64,000 nt of DNA from Lingula anatina (GCA_051362555.1 CM120640.1:35421967-35485966); one strand, 5' to 3'; shown: positions 12,001 through 25,021, counted from the stretch's first letter. The notes: a model not told the origin generated them from the letters alone. Program-made: numbers and translations.

Positions 12001-15000
12001 TAATATGTATTATTATTATTATTGTTGCATTTTGGCTGAAGCTGTGGTTGTAATGATATTATTAACTGCCCTTTTTATGTTTTGATTCATTATTTTTAAT
12101 GCTGTATATTTTGGTTTCATCTGTCGGCTATTATCGTAGATTGGATGCTTTCTGGATCCCAGATTAATGGCACTTGCAAGCTATCTGCACTCATCAGCTT
12201 TTAACTCCCATCTAAGCTATGAAGTAGTAGTGTAATTTTGAAGTTTTGTTCAGTAATTGTTTGCTCCCCATTGATTACATATTTACACCATTGATTGAAA
12301 TCATGCGAGGTTCGGATTTCAATGCGAGCTCTATTTTAAAGTTTTTTTTTTCTATAAGTGATGATATACGTTTTTATGGGTTTAGAATTTGGGGATCTTT
12401 TCAAAATTTTGTGTTTCTTTTACTCCTGTACACTTCCTCAGTTTCTTTTGCGAGATTTATTGATGAAATTTTTAATGCCCAGTGATTGCTATAGCCTCAT
12501 ATCATTAATTTGTTTTTCAAAATGGCGTATGGATCCAGAGGGCATCCTGGCACAGATGTTTTTTAAAATGCTCGAAAGAAAATTGGTAGTATGAGGGAAC
12601 ATTCATACTAAACTTGCATTCACTTTTATGCCTTAAATGATCACCACCGCCTTGCAGAGATTCTTTCATTTTTGATTCAGTTGTATTGTTTAATATACAA
12701 CAGTCCCGCCTTTGAACTGATCTGACATTATCAGAACAAAAAACGTTTTAATTATTATTATTTTTGAGATGTAAACTATGCAGTTACCCCAGTATCACGT
12801 CAAGATGTTGATGGCAATTATTTTGTATATTCCGTTTAATTTTTTTTCCATCAAGTATTATCAATATATTTGTTATAAAGTAGTTTTTTTTTTAATACTA
12901 GATAAGTCTTGCAGTAGAATAGGTATGAAAGTAGCTGGTACTTACACAAAGGTCACAGAACAACGACAACAAATCATGTATGCCAAATCTTAATGAAATT
13001 TTTACAACAGTCTTCCAAAACCCAAACTAATTGGGGAAAAGAAAGGAAACTGAAAACTGCTGCAACAAATTTATTTTCACCTGTGCTGCACAGACATAAT
13101 ATCAATTTAGTCTAGTTTGTAATTGATAGAATTCGTTTTGACAATTATGCGTTTTGAAAAATTTTTCTGACAAATGAGTTTTCTCACATGTACATATTAT
13201 TGCATAATTTTTTGTTGGTTATGTGGTGAATTTCACTGCTTGTAAGCAATGGACTTTGCTCCACAACTGACATATTTTTATCAAAACAAAAGAAACTGCT
13301 GTCCACTTGCAGCCTTTGAGAAAACCAAAGTAGTTAGGTTTGATTTTCTCAAATAGTATATTTTGGACAAAGCAAACTTGTAGAACTTGGTATTATTCGA
13401 ACATGATAGCGAAAAGTATGCATTTACCATTATAATTCTCATATATGTATATCATAATATTAGAAACATGCTCTTTGTTTACCAGTGTAACTAGTGGTTG
13501 CTGTAATGAGCTCCCTCCTGCATCAAAAGGAACGTTTGGCTTTAAAACAAACAAAAACAAAAAAGAAAACACTCTGGTTGCATAGCAGTCAATTGGAACT
13601 GCATGTACAACATCTGCTTACCATTTGCGAAGCAGACAAGAAATGGCCAGTTTCTCTTGATGCATTGTTGGGAGTTTCGGACAGTTCAAACCACCATCAC
13701 CTCAACTCAACTTGCTTGCTCCATCAAATTGATGTATAGCACCCCTGGAACCTTACTGTGAAGTTAATGTACCTTCTAAAGTGCCTTCAAACTGATTGTA
13801 GTAACATAATGCATGTGATGTATGCACTGTTTTTCATCATTTCCAAGTGGCCCTCTGGTTGCAATTTGGGTGCTGAGGCAAGTCCAAAAGCAAAAAAAAT
13901 TCCGGAAAAAGGAAAAGTCTGACTGGTTTACTGCTGTCACCTGAATTGCCACGGGACTATTTTGACTAGTTTATTTTGCTAAATGGTATAATAACTACTA
14001 GTATAATCATAATGTTTTACTTATTTTTCTTCCCATTTACTGATACATCCCATGATGATTTATTACATTATTTTTTGTGTATAACCATCTAAGTGGATGA
14101 CTTATTAAGCATAATATACTAACATAACTGTTAATTATTATTATTATCATATAGTGCACCCACCCTTTGCTCCTAAATTGATGTTGTCATTTAGCTGAAT
14201 CTGCTGAATATCTGTGATTTAAAAAGTTCTGTTGGACCATTTTGTGGATTGATGAGAAATTTCTATTTTGATGGTTCAGAGAAATTCAACGAAGGTGTGA
14301 AAAATGTTTTTTCACCGTTTTTGGCACTTGTGCACAAAACGCCGTCCAATGACCAAGATATTTTTGGATTTACAGAAAAAGAGTCTATGCAATTTCACAT
14401 GCTGTTGTAAAACAACAAAAATGGAACCCTTTTGTGCCTTTGATTTGAAGGCACTGTACATATACATCTTGTTGCGCATGCAAATTTTTAGTTTTCTCTC
14501 ACTGTTCTTGCATTTTTTTTTTTTTACTTTTGAGTCCAGAGAATTGATTCTAATACTCGATAGAGTTTGTATCACCTTTTATGTTGGAGCAAAGGGAGTT
14601 TACAAAAAGAAAAAGAAAAAAAATATTTCGAATCTTGTAAGCAGAAAGAGAAGAAAAGAAAACAGGGTGTATTTGCGGATTTAGAGAGTACAGGTTCTAA
14701 CTAATTGAATCTCAGTGTGCATTGGAAGTTACTTTTGGCTGATGCATTGTAGACACTGCACCGATTGGGAGACAAGACAGTTTGTTCTTGTTTTATTTCA
14801 TGAGAATGGGAAGACTGTAAACTCCCTCCCTTTGTTAGATCTGAAAAACCTTAATATACTACTATACTAATCTGGTTACTATTTACTGTATAATACTCAT
14901 CGTTTAGCCATTATAGTTGGAAGGGAAAGTTATGAAAGCAATTAACAACAAACATTGCTTTAGGGTGAAAGCAATAATATTGTCTTATTTTCTTCCTTTT

Positions 15001-15885
15001 GTTTTTTGTAATTTCATATAACTTTGTACTCAATAAATGAAGTTCACTGCAAGTTTCCTCTCAGTGTGATTATATTACTAACCAACAAGGATCAGCTTAG
15101 AGCTACTAAAACTGTGTCTGCTTCTGGTGAGAACTCGATTTGTTGATTAATAATAGCTTGGAATGCAAAACCTCCGAACATGTGATATCACTGCATGCCA
15201 ATGTGCTTTTATGAACCTTCTATGCAATGACAAGTAATAACAACTTTTTAATGGACTTTTTTCTGTAGGTTGCAAGAAACCTTTAGAAATATTGTTTTTA
15301 ATACAAAAAAATTAACAAAATATTTCTTTTTATATTTTTATACCACAATTTTTAATGTCAGTTAGTGGAGTGGATTAACTTATACAAATTGCATATCACT
15401 AATTATAATCAATTCTTTTTGGGTTTGAGTTATAACTATCTCAAACATTTCAAAACTTTCAAAATAGTTCAGAGTTATGCAAGTAGAGCTAGTATTATCC
15501 AGTCGTCCTCAAAAAGGGTAAATCAAAGTATTTTACAGTATCAGAAAATGACCTCCCATCTTCTGGTCTGTGTAGACTTAACCAAATTAATTGCAAATTA
15601 GTCTGCAGTCTTATCAGAAGCTTCACAAATAAAAAATATATATTTTCTAGAAGAGAAGGACATCAACACAGAAAAAAAGCATCTTGCCAGTGTTATTTTT
15701 TTATACCTCATGAGACTTTGCATAAAAAGAATCTCATGATATGCAAATATTCAACTGTTATTATTGTTATTTACCACCAAAGAATTTTGGTGTTTGATCC
15801 ATTTGTTATTATACTGTTATTCTGTTTTTTCTTTTTTTTTTCATACTATAACATTTTGTATCACCTAATAATAAACTCAAATAAA
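9012..15885 (+). other. probable long alternative 3' UTR regions of quaking
   Basis: U/AU-rich non-coding sequence with many ACTAAY and TGTANATA motifs. AATAAA signals at 10794, 15032, 15870 and 15880. Confidence 0.6.
11388..11401 (+). CDS. qki: candidate distal quaking terminal exon (ATGH*)
   Basis: Long pyrimidine tract ending tcgacag, with ACTAAC upstream at 11339. Phase-1 splicing gives ATGH*, similar to the QKI-5 final ATGN*. Followed by several kb of UTR-like sequence. Confidence 0.5.
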
Positions 15886-17856
15886 GTGCTCTAACTTTGT
15901 AAGTGGTCAAAACTGCTGAAAACGGGTTATGCTCATGAAAGATGCATAATAACCAATTATTAACTTGTACATATATATATTTTGGTCTGGTTTTGCCTGT
16001 AGTGCCAGGCCAGTTGTGGTAGGAGTGACAGCTGCTGCAATTTGATTGTGACAGGTGTTCTCTGCTGCAATTTCATTGTTGGAGGTGCGACTCTCCTGCA
16101 ATTTCACTGTAATAGAGGTTGTCTACTGCAATTTGGACAACTAGGGAGGCGGGGTCATTCCAGATAACTGAAGTTAAATAAATTACAAACTTATCCCACC
16201 GACGAACCTTGTGTGTGTGTTGTATATTTGTTCTTGTTGTTGTTGCCATCCTTCTTTCAAATGATAAGCACAAATAAAACAAGTTTTGAGCCAAGTGACT
16301 GAGAAATACTGGAAAACTGATGGATCCCAGAAGTAAATCAAGTGTTCAAATACCTTTTTTTTTTTAATGTCAGTTTACTATATTTTTAGAATTGACTCAA
16401 AAGCATATTGTTAAAAATTGAATGATAAATGATGGGAGTATATTTTAATTCATAATTATTTATTCAGTTTCATTTCATTTTTAAATATTGCACCATTCCT
16501 CGTGGCTATAATAACAAAATCCACTAAAATCAATAAATCACACACTAATTTATATTCTTGAATACATCTATATGCCCTTCCCAATTTCTCCAAATGTAGA
16601 TTAATAATGATTGCAATCAAGAGGTAATTTCTTCCAATAAAGGTGTTTATCAATCAACATTTCTTAAAACTACTGGCATTTAAACCATCAAATAACATAT
16701 CTCAACTGAGAAACTGTAAAAACTTGTATATATTAATATTATACTTAATGTCTATATTTATATCTATATTTTATCTATGTAATGATGTGATCATGAACAC
16801 AGCAGTAACATAAAAATACAGAAATCCCCCACATTGAATATGCTGTTTAATCCAAAACAAAAACAAGATTAAGGGAACATCCAAAAGTCCACAGGGAGAG
16901 TCCATAAGTAGTAATTATATGCCCAAACTTGTAAAAAAACCCAAACAAACAGAAAATAAACACCTGAAATTGTGAAAAAAAAATCAACCTTGCTATTAAA
17001 CTTGCAGATAACACAACTGTCCTAAAACTCCAATAATATAAATATATGCAGGAAAAAAATGTGACAGCTGTCTATACAAATTAATCAGGGGGGAAAGATT
17101 ACTTCTTTACCCAGTCCTCCCTGAAAAGTGACAGCTGTTCTCATGCCTGGCCCACCCAACTTTGACTAGATTTGCACACTGAGGATGGAACTCATCAGGG
17201 AGAAATTGCCCTCCCACCCATAATACTTCTCATTACTCCTGCACTGGACACCAGAGCATGGTGGAAACATGTAAGTTTGCAATAAAAGGTGAGTCCTCCA
17301 TACATAAAAAAAATGTAATTAGAGATCCTAATGGACTGGAACACTGCTTTGGAATATTAAAATGGGTTTACCACTATAAATAAGACTAGATGTTCATAAC
17401 TTATGCTGTCACAGATTCACTAATATTTTGATTGTTTGAAAGATTAACATGGGGACCATAAAACTATAAATATGGGACCGTAAACTACCTAGAACAATAA
17501 AATAAAATGGCCCCAAGAACTGATGATGGATTTACTAATATTTTGATAGATTGGCACCATTCAAACATAAATACACAGGCCTATCAGCTGCTGGAAACAA
17601 TGGCATTTAAAAAATTTAGTCACATCTTCATAGAATCTGCCAGGTGAGGTTCAGGTGTAATAAATTGACTAGAGGACAGTCTTAAGAGCCAATATAGACA
17701 CCCAAGTCCCTCCTATTCCTGCTTTCAGTTTTTTTCTTATGGAAAAATGGATAATAGGTATATGGTATCTGCACCTTTGGTAAATTAATCCAGTTGTATA
17801 ATAAAAGGAAACTGAAGATATTACTACAGAGCTTCATTATTTCTCGATTTCTTCTG

Positions 17857-17920
17857 TTATCTGGAGTCCCTATTAGGTTTTGCTGGTCTGCCATTCAGTG
17901 CTGTCTCCTCATATTCAGAC
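17857..17920 (-). CDS. TMEM181: TMEM181 last coding exon (SEYEETALNGRPAKPNRDSR*)
   Basis: caacag acceptor, phase 2, TAA stop. Continues the conserved DIVYG-SEYEE. Confidence 0.85.
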
Positions 17921-18326
17921 CTGTTGTACAAAATAAATATATCCAAATGATGAAAAATATTTCATAACATATTTAAATTCTTTCATAGTATTTAATCATA
18001 AACTGGAGGTCATAACAGAACAGAATCATTTTTAAAAGATTCAGTTACAATAAAGATGTATCTATGTATCCCAAGCAATTCCATATGGAGATTAATATTA
18101 TTTAATTGAATTTTGTCTTTACAATGCTAGACAAGTTGTAATTATTCATTTCCAAAAATTGCAACAAAATATTTCTGTAAAATATCAATCAACTTTATGT
18201 ATTATCTATGGCTAAACTGGTCAACAGATCATAAAAAACATAACTGAACAATATATAACTAATGAGAAAATGTAAAGAAATACTAAAGCATAAAGCACTT
18301 TCCTGCGTAGAACATATTAAACTTAC

Positions 18327-18393
18327 CCATACACGATATCTTCATCTGAATCATTCAACATGGAGAGAGCAGGGTTATCTCGAAAATGGGATT
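18327..18393 (-). CDS. TMEM181: TMEM181 exon 13 (ESHFRDNPALSMLNDSDEDIVYG)
   Basis: AG/GT boundaries. Conserved DNPAxSMLNDSD motif. Confidence 0.92.
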
Positions 18394-18634
18394 CTACAAA
18401 ATAAACAATAGATATTTTTTACTCCTAGAAACATAACCTTACCTTAATTGTACCATTCCACCCTTCTTTCTTATTCTGTCATATCAATATATCAAATAAA
18501 TGAAATGTAATTCAAATTACCACTGAAAGTAAAAATTACATAAAAACTCGTAATTTAATTTAACCATTTTGTATTTCACCAAAACAAATTGGGCAACAAT
18601 AACTTTTAGATGTGTATACCATAAAAACACTTAC

Positions 18635-18859
18635 CAACTAAAGCATTCTTGGATGGAGAGTACACAAAAGCCATAGTATACAGGTAAAAATTCAGCAATC
18701 CATAGAAGGACAAGAATTCGGCACTGGACTGATAGTGGATCGATGATCCAGTCACAACAGCATCCTGGGATATATTGGTGCCAAATCGTAGTGCTGTTAT
18801 GGCAACAGTTATGGCAAGAACTATCAACATTAATGTTGTCATAAACTTGAGACGCAAAT
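18635..18859 (-). CDS. TMEM181: TMEM181 exon 12 (DLRLKFMT...SSAEFLSFYGLLNFYLYTMAFVYSPSKNAL)
   Basis: AG/GT boundaries. Hallmark TMEM181 segment AEFLSFYGLLNFYLYT.AFVYSPS. Confidence 0.95.
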
Positions 18860-19161
18860 CTGAAATGTCAGAAGGTGAAAATATGGGGGGTTGTTTTCTA
18901 CATCGTATTTCTTCATAATATTTATGACCTGTTATCAAATTCATGGTTTTAAAAATGAACTACTTAAGTAATTTAAAAATGTAAATTGAAATTAAAATTT
19001 GACATTCTGACCATGTGTGTCAAAGGACAGGGAATAATAAGATAATGACAGTGAAATTAAATCCCAAGATATATTGTCAATTCTTGTTTAATTTATATTT
19101 TCATCATATAAACAAAACAAGGTGATCTCTGCTTTTTGTGGAAGGAAATTCTTTTACTTAC

Positions 19162-19264
19162 CAAAGAAAGGCATGGATTTTAGTTCTGCGTAAGCTCTTA
19201 TTAATAAGAATATAAGGTACAATAAGTACACAACACCAATTGTGTAGAAAAATACTTGAAATCC
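19162..19264 (-). CDS. TMEM181: TMEM181 exon 11 (GFQVFFYTIGVVYLLYLIFLLIRAYAELKSMPFF)
   Basis: AG/GT boundaries, phase consistent, transmembrane helix. Confidence 0.92.
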
Positions 19265-19542
19265 CTGAAGAGAAAAAGAAAGAAAAGAAAAATCATTAAC
19301 AATGTACTCACTGATACTTTTAAGACCTGTATTCAATACATTTTCACAATACTGAACACTTAATTTCTCTTTACAACTAGACTCACATCACTAAAGAAAT
19401 ACTTATATGATTAACATCATATAATTATTACAATCATATTCTAACACACAGAGCTTAAATAAATGATGAAATATCAACCCCAGACTAAATGCCACCAAAG
19501 AGACTTTTCTTTAGATCTGACATCTTCAAATTTCACTGATAT

Positions 19543-19828
19543 TAAGATAAGTTTGATCTACACATCAAAAGGAAGTATATCTCAGACAGGCAATCAGGAA
19601 TACATGCTTGTAGGACTACTTTTAAAATCTTTATAACCGTCTTCTATATACGCTGTGTAATTTTTATGCATTTCATTTTATTTCATAAGATAAGTTTGAT
19701 CTACACATCAAAAGGAAGTATATCTCAGACAGGCAATCAGGAATACATGCTTGTAGGACTACTTTTAAAATCTTTATAACCGTCTTCTATATACGCTGTG
19801 TAATTTTTATGCATTTCATTTTATTTCA
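19543..19828. repeat. perfect 143-bp tandem duplication in a TMEM181 intron
   Basis: 19543-19685 is repeated at 19686-19828, both starting taagataagtttgatctacacatc. Confidence 0.92.
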
Positions 19829-19932
19829 TCTCATTTTAATTTATTCATTTCATTTGCTGTTTTTTTTCCTTTCATCTTTTAAAGGTGGTTATATAAATAA
19901 ATTAATAATGTCTGTTTAAACATATGAGTTAC

Positions 19933-20082
19933 CAAATAGTTGGCAGTATCCAGTGAGTAGTTATATGTGGGATCTTGTAGTTCATTATAAGCTTGCCAGG
20001 ATGCCAAAGTCACTGCTGAGATCCATATCAATCCAACAACAACCAGTTTAGGCAAGTAGAAAGAACAGAAATGCCTTTTTGT
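19933..20082 (-). CDS. TMEM181: TMEM181 exon 10 (TKRHFCSFYLPKLVVVGLIW...NELQDPTYNYSLDTANYL)
   Basis: AG/GT boundaries, 150 nt. FYLPK and NELxDP motifs. Confidence 0.92.
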
Positions 20083-20511
20083 CTGTAAAAACCAATCAAA
20101 AGAAAGATGTAAGATTGATGTCTGTTAAATATATATATGTGTTATTTCTGAAGTTTGTTCTGGAAAATAAAATTGCTTGAAACTTTCACTATAAACATTT
20201 GAAGTGAATCAACATCTAACTTTAGTATATAACTTTAAATGAGGTTTAAATGTACTGTTGGAATGATAGTGCTTTCCCAGGTGTATATTATAGTATACTG
20301 AATGAGGAGTTAGCAAACCTACCTACAAATAATCTTTCCATTTTATCACAAATGTTACAAAAACCATCATAAACACTATCATTAATTATATTAAATTATA
20401 TTAAATTAAGTTATAAAACTTAGACATCTGAATATAACTATTTCTTTTAAGAAAATTAAAATATCTTCTTTTCTCTTTTGTCTATTTATTTCTTTGATAA
20501 CTGTAACTTGC

Positions 20512-20639
20512 CTGTCTTACTCCGTGATATAAGCACAACCAGAACAGTAGTAAACCACACAGAAATGACGCTTGAAATATGGCATCAAACATGCCAGGGA
20601 TCCAGCTCTCTACCAGAAATGTCAATGGGAAGAAAGGAT
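20512..20639 (-). CDS. TMEM181: TMEM181 exon 9 (PFFPLTFLVESWIPGMFDAIFQASFLCGLLLFWLCLYHGVRQ), probable GC donor
   Basis: ttcag acceptor and CAG|gcaagt donor, with an alternative GT donor 9 nt earlier. Conserved motif. Confidence 0.9.
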
Positions 20640-21021
20640 CTGAAAGATTTGACATAAATAGTATGTAAATTTCACAGACATGTTTCTTCTCAAAAAAAGG
20701 CAAATTAATTAAACATTTATACTCACTACTTTTCTCTTTTAAAATAGTAGAAAAATATGTTTTCTTATTTGACCTTGCAAAATATTTCACTAAACTGATA
20801 GTGCAAAAACAAAAATGAAAACGAAAAAATTTAAAGTTTTTTTTCTTTTCATTCAAATGATTAAAAATGTATTAAACTGATATATCTGCAAATTTTTCTT
20901 TTACTAAAATACTAAAAACTGAAATTTCTTTAAAAAATCCAACAACAGATTCCATTAGCAAACATTTAGAAGGGCAACATTTCCTAACACAAAACTCCAA
21001 GTTTCATGACCAAAAACTTAC

Positions 21022-21121
21022 TGTTATAGAGTAACAACAGGGGCATCAATACTGACATCCACTTCTGCTCCATGGACCAGTCCCGCACTGTGAACCTTCT
21101 CAGAGAATGGGCAAATGCACA
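21022..21121 (-). CDS. TMEM181: TMEM181 exon 8 (CAFAHSLRRFTVRDWSMEQKWMSVLMPLLLLYN)
   Basis: AG/GT boundaries. FAHSLR..DW..EQKWMS motif. Confidence 0.93.
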
Positions 21122-21239
21122 CTGAAAATAATATAACACATTCAATCATGATGGGGTATAACTAAATTAGGCAAAGTTCAATTGTGATACATACCTAAAG
21201 ATGTTATGTGATAATGGTGATATATGCTTTATTTGGTCT

Positions 21240-23212
21240 TAGGGGTTTCAGTGAAATGTGAGTGCTTTTTCTCAGTATGTACTTCTACGGTAATATGCCA
21301 AACAATTCGACCAAGATTAATTAATTAATTTCATGGAAATGTCAGTTTGGTCGAATTGATTAAAATACAGCAAATGGAAACCTTTGATATCGTCGGATTG
21401 TTAGGGGCATCTGCCAAAACGTCCATCTTTCCGGAAGTATTGCATTTTACCGGAAGTGTTACGCAAGATAAGCCGCAATTTTCGCCTAACACGTGTTTCA
21501 GGCTTGTTTTATCCTCCTTTTAAAATCTTATTTTGCTGTGTACAATATGTGCTAACATCACTTAACATTAAAAAAGACGACAATTATAATTTCTAATTAT
21601 ATATTTCCCTCACCTACGATCATTTTCATGATGCGCTTCACGAGTGGGACGAGTATTTCCCCAGAGACAGGTGTTGTAAACAAAGGCCGGTCACTTATAT
21701 TTGAAACCGGTAGCTTTAGTAGACTTTAACTAGTTATGTGATCTACGTACGCCCTATTTGAATTTTAATATGACAACTGAAATCAACCGAATTGAAATTT
21801 TTTACCAGTCTGAGATCAGTTGTTTTCAACCCGCAAGGCTTGCTCAGCGTCGAGGCGTAGACGTACTTCCGAAGAAAATTCAATCACCCGTATCAAAGAA
21901 TACCAACTGGTACTCAAACGGAATTCAGTGTAACTTCAAATTACTTATAAGTATTTTATTAAAAAAGCATGTCATATTAAAACATATTGAGAAAAGGCAA
22001 AATACGGAGCCTACCTGTGCCGATAGACATACAGTAGGCCTATCTTGCTGGCACTCTTCCGATTTTCTTACTTATATACTCTCGCTGTGCACAAACCACG
22101 GTGCATATTGAAAACCCCACTGATACAACCCGAGCGTAAAATAAGCATTTAATTGCCATAATTTTCACAAAACAAGTGCATTTATAATTTGACGCGAGAA
22201 TTGAGCACATGCAGAAATAAGACTGGTCTTATCTGGTCTGGTCCAGCATAGCGCAAACCACATGTTAATGAAGACGGTCCCATTTTGGGGGAGGGGGGTC
22301 ACAGGAATGGAGTTCTTCGTGGATTACGCTAAATATCATCAACATTTCATGCATCTGGGGAAATAAAAAGTGACTCATATGTAACGTAAATATCCAGTGG
22401 AACTCTCTATGAAACTCTCATGGAGTTAAGGAAGACGTCATTTTTATTGTTGACAAATCAGTTATCCATGTAGGTGAACAGCTATACACTTGTTCGTCAG
22501 ATTTTGACAGCGCGTGGTATTTGGCGCCAAGAAGTCTGGGCGGTCGATCCCGCTGATCTTTCGGTCGATTGTAGTAAATGTAAGATCTTGCGGTGTTGAC
22601 TTCAAGAATGTTTCCCCATCTGCATATTTATTTCAATCAAACTTGAAAATAAATTGCTTATTCTTCCCAAACTTTTTATTGCTAGCAAACGCTATATATG
22701 GTCTATATGAAGGTGTTTATGACGTATTCTACCCACTGTCGATATTTGGTTTCATCCAGAATGGACCTTTTTTAACCCCCCCCCCCCCCCTTCCCCAGTT
22801 ACGGGCGTGATGAATCAGTCAGCGAGGGCAAGTCTGCTTAATTAGCACAAATTGTATGTCTATAACACTATTTTGTCATCGGGGACAAAGGAAATGGCAG
22901 GTACGTCATGCTTCCAGATTAGATCTTCAATTAATAGTTTTTTCCTCATTGACGGGAGCTATTGAAAGGACAACAATTGACAAAGGGTCCGGCATGCAGC
23001 ATCTATATGACTGGCTTGAAAATTTACCGAGTCTTGCCGACGATGTGGTCGAACAAACGGAACAAGAAAAAAATTCTGTCGCATGATTTTGACGTATGGA
23101 CTAATTGTTTGAGCCCAGAAAAATTAATTTTATAAAATAATTTTTGTGGTCGGATTGACTGGGCCCGTCAAAATGCTTGGCACATTACCGTAATGTGCCC
23201 TGAACACCCCTT
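21240..23212. mobile_element. degenerate ~2 kb non-autonomous DNA transposon in TMEM181 intron 7
   Basis: Imperfect inverted ends: tacggtaatatgccaaacaattcgac (21286-21311) versus the reverse complement of 23167-23192, and AGGGG...CCCCT termini. CpG-rich interior unlike the flanks. No transposase ORF or clean TSD seen. Confidence 0.6.
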
Positions 23213-23506
23213 GCTGACACAGGAATATATCACTCAGGTGACAGCGTATTACCTTGTACCTAATCAACAGGCAGTTTCAACAATCAGGATTCATTTTTAG
23301 TCCATTCTAAGCAAGTAAAATCTCATCATTAAACATAAAAAATGTAACCAATGTACATAATCTACCTTTTTCCAAGCTTGCATTTACATGTTTTTTTTAA
23401 GTCAACATTTCCACATTGTTACATTCTTAACAATTCTGAAGCTTAAATTGCTAATCTAAACTTAAGTATGCCTCTACATCTACAACGCAGCCAATAATAT
23501 ACTTAC

Positions 23507-23587
23507 TGTAGCTAAGAAAGTTATCAACAAGAAAACAAAGCGGAACCAGATCTCTATCTGTGTAAATGTGGGATTGTAGCTCTTGAA
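23507..23587 (-). CDS. TMEM181: TMEM181 exon 7 (FKSYNPTFTQIEIWFRFVFLLITFLAT)
   Basis: AG/GT boundaries. YNP.F.Q.EIWFRF motif. Confidence 0.93.
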
Positions 23588-23864
23588 CTGGAAAGAAAAT
23601 TAGGAAGATACATGTTGGGATAGTAGACTATCAATGGAATATCAAAAACAGTTCACCGGTATCTTTATATTTGTATAAATTACAAGGATAATGGTCTGAA
23701 TTCCCATTAAGACAATTCTTTTTGACATACACAAAATGAGCAAGTGTAATATGACTGCAAAGAACTAATTCACATTCTATCTTTTCTTTTCAAGAAGATG
23801 AAAATGTTGGGATAACGGTTTGTTTGAAAGTGGAATTCAATCAGAGATTCAAATATGAATTTAC

Positions 23865-23987
23865 CTGGAATTTCACATCTCTAATTTGTAAAACTTTTTG
23901 TTTCTCTAATCCAAAGAAATATATAGTAACAACGTATCTGCTGTAGTCAAGGTAACCAAGGTGTAACATGTTCAGCTCATCACAAGT
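23865..23987 (-). CDS. TMEM181: TMEM181 exon 6 (TCDELNMLHLGYLDYSRYVVTIYFFGLE...)
   Basis: AG/GT boundaries, 123 nt. HLGYLDY motif. Confidence 0.9.
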
Positions 23988-24154
23988 CTGGAACATAAAA
24001 AAATGTCAATAACACAGATTTTACTTTACAGACAGCTGCTTTAAAACACATGACCATGGTCTATATTCCAATACCAAGATTTTTGTCAATCATTAGAATT
24101 GTAGTCACCACACTGCTGGGTATGACACACGAGTCTTATATGCCAGATAAAGAT

Positions 24155-24156
<2 letters not shown>

Positions 24157-24234
<78 letters not shown>
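24157..24234. repeat. compound (CT)n(CA)n microsatellite
   Basis: Directly visible in the sequence. Confidence 0.95.
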
Positions 24235-24235
<1 letters not shown>

Positions 24236-24352
24236 AACTCCCAGACAAAAAAACCAAAGGTTAACTTCCCCCATGGCAGTTATTGTCTGTAACTCCTTGA
24301 TAAAATAGATATTTCCTCTGCAGATACAGAAAACACATTACATGACACACAC

Positions 24353-24486
24353 CTGCCCTGTACACTTCAGTTCCCTGGACCTGTTATGCATGGTTCCATC
24401 CAAGAGCAGATCTTTCACCCCATGACTCTTCAAGCCTGCTATCCGCACACCAACCATAAAGGGACTTGATGTGTGTACTTCAACAT
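24353..24486 (-). CDS. TMEM181: TMEM181 exon 5 (...MHNRSRELKCTGQ)
   Basis: AG/GT boundaries, phase consistent. HNR.R.L.C motif. Confidence 0.88.
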
Positions 24487-24930
24487 CTACAATAATATGC
24501 ATACTAGTATTATATTTTTATTTCTTTGCCTTAGCAATCAACACAGACACTGGTTGGCAAGACTTCTGAATTTATCATGATTTGTTTGAAACCTGAGTAC
24601 CCTTGAGGGCAGATTTATTTATAAGTGTTATAAATATCACTTTGGCTTATAAGACTGATGGATAAGGGTACCGTTTCCTTTTACATTAAATAAACTGGAG
24701 AAATGTGGAAATGATATTTTATCATAAAATTACAGCAATGCTGTTTAAGAAATCTGAACTTCTACAGCTATGCAGGTAGTTATTTCATCCTGTCAATTCA
24801 CGCTTGTATAGACACAAAAATATGTTCTTAATTTTTAAAAAATGCAACCATAGGATAATTAATGCGACAAAAAGTGAACTGGTGGTTTAATTAAAATGGC
24901 ACTGAGTTTATAATGGAAATATATCCTTAC

Positions 24931-25021
24931 CACCAGTAGAGTTGATTTGTATTTGTGCGATCAACCACAGCTGTTGGTGAAATGTTGACATTAATGAAGA
25001 AGGCAAGATAAAAGGGCCAGT
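24931..25021 (-). CDS. TMEM181: TMEM181 exon 4 (TGPFILPSSLMSTFHQQLWLIAQIQINSTG)
   Basis: AG/GT boundaries. GPF...ST..QQLWL motif. Confidence 0.9.

Noticed and set aside
21758-23086. ORFs inside the intronic element, considered as transposase
   Set aside because: Short, with no DDE, zinc-finger or dimerisation motifs recognised.
24050-24292. ORFs with SLSL/THTH or CVCV/ERER repeats
   Set aside because: Translations of the (CT)n(CA)n microsatellite.
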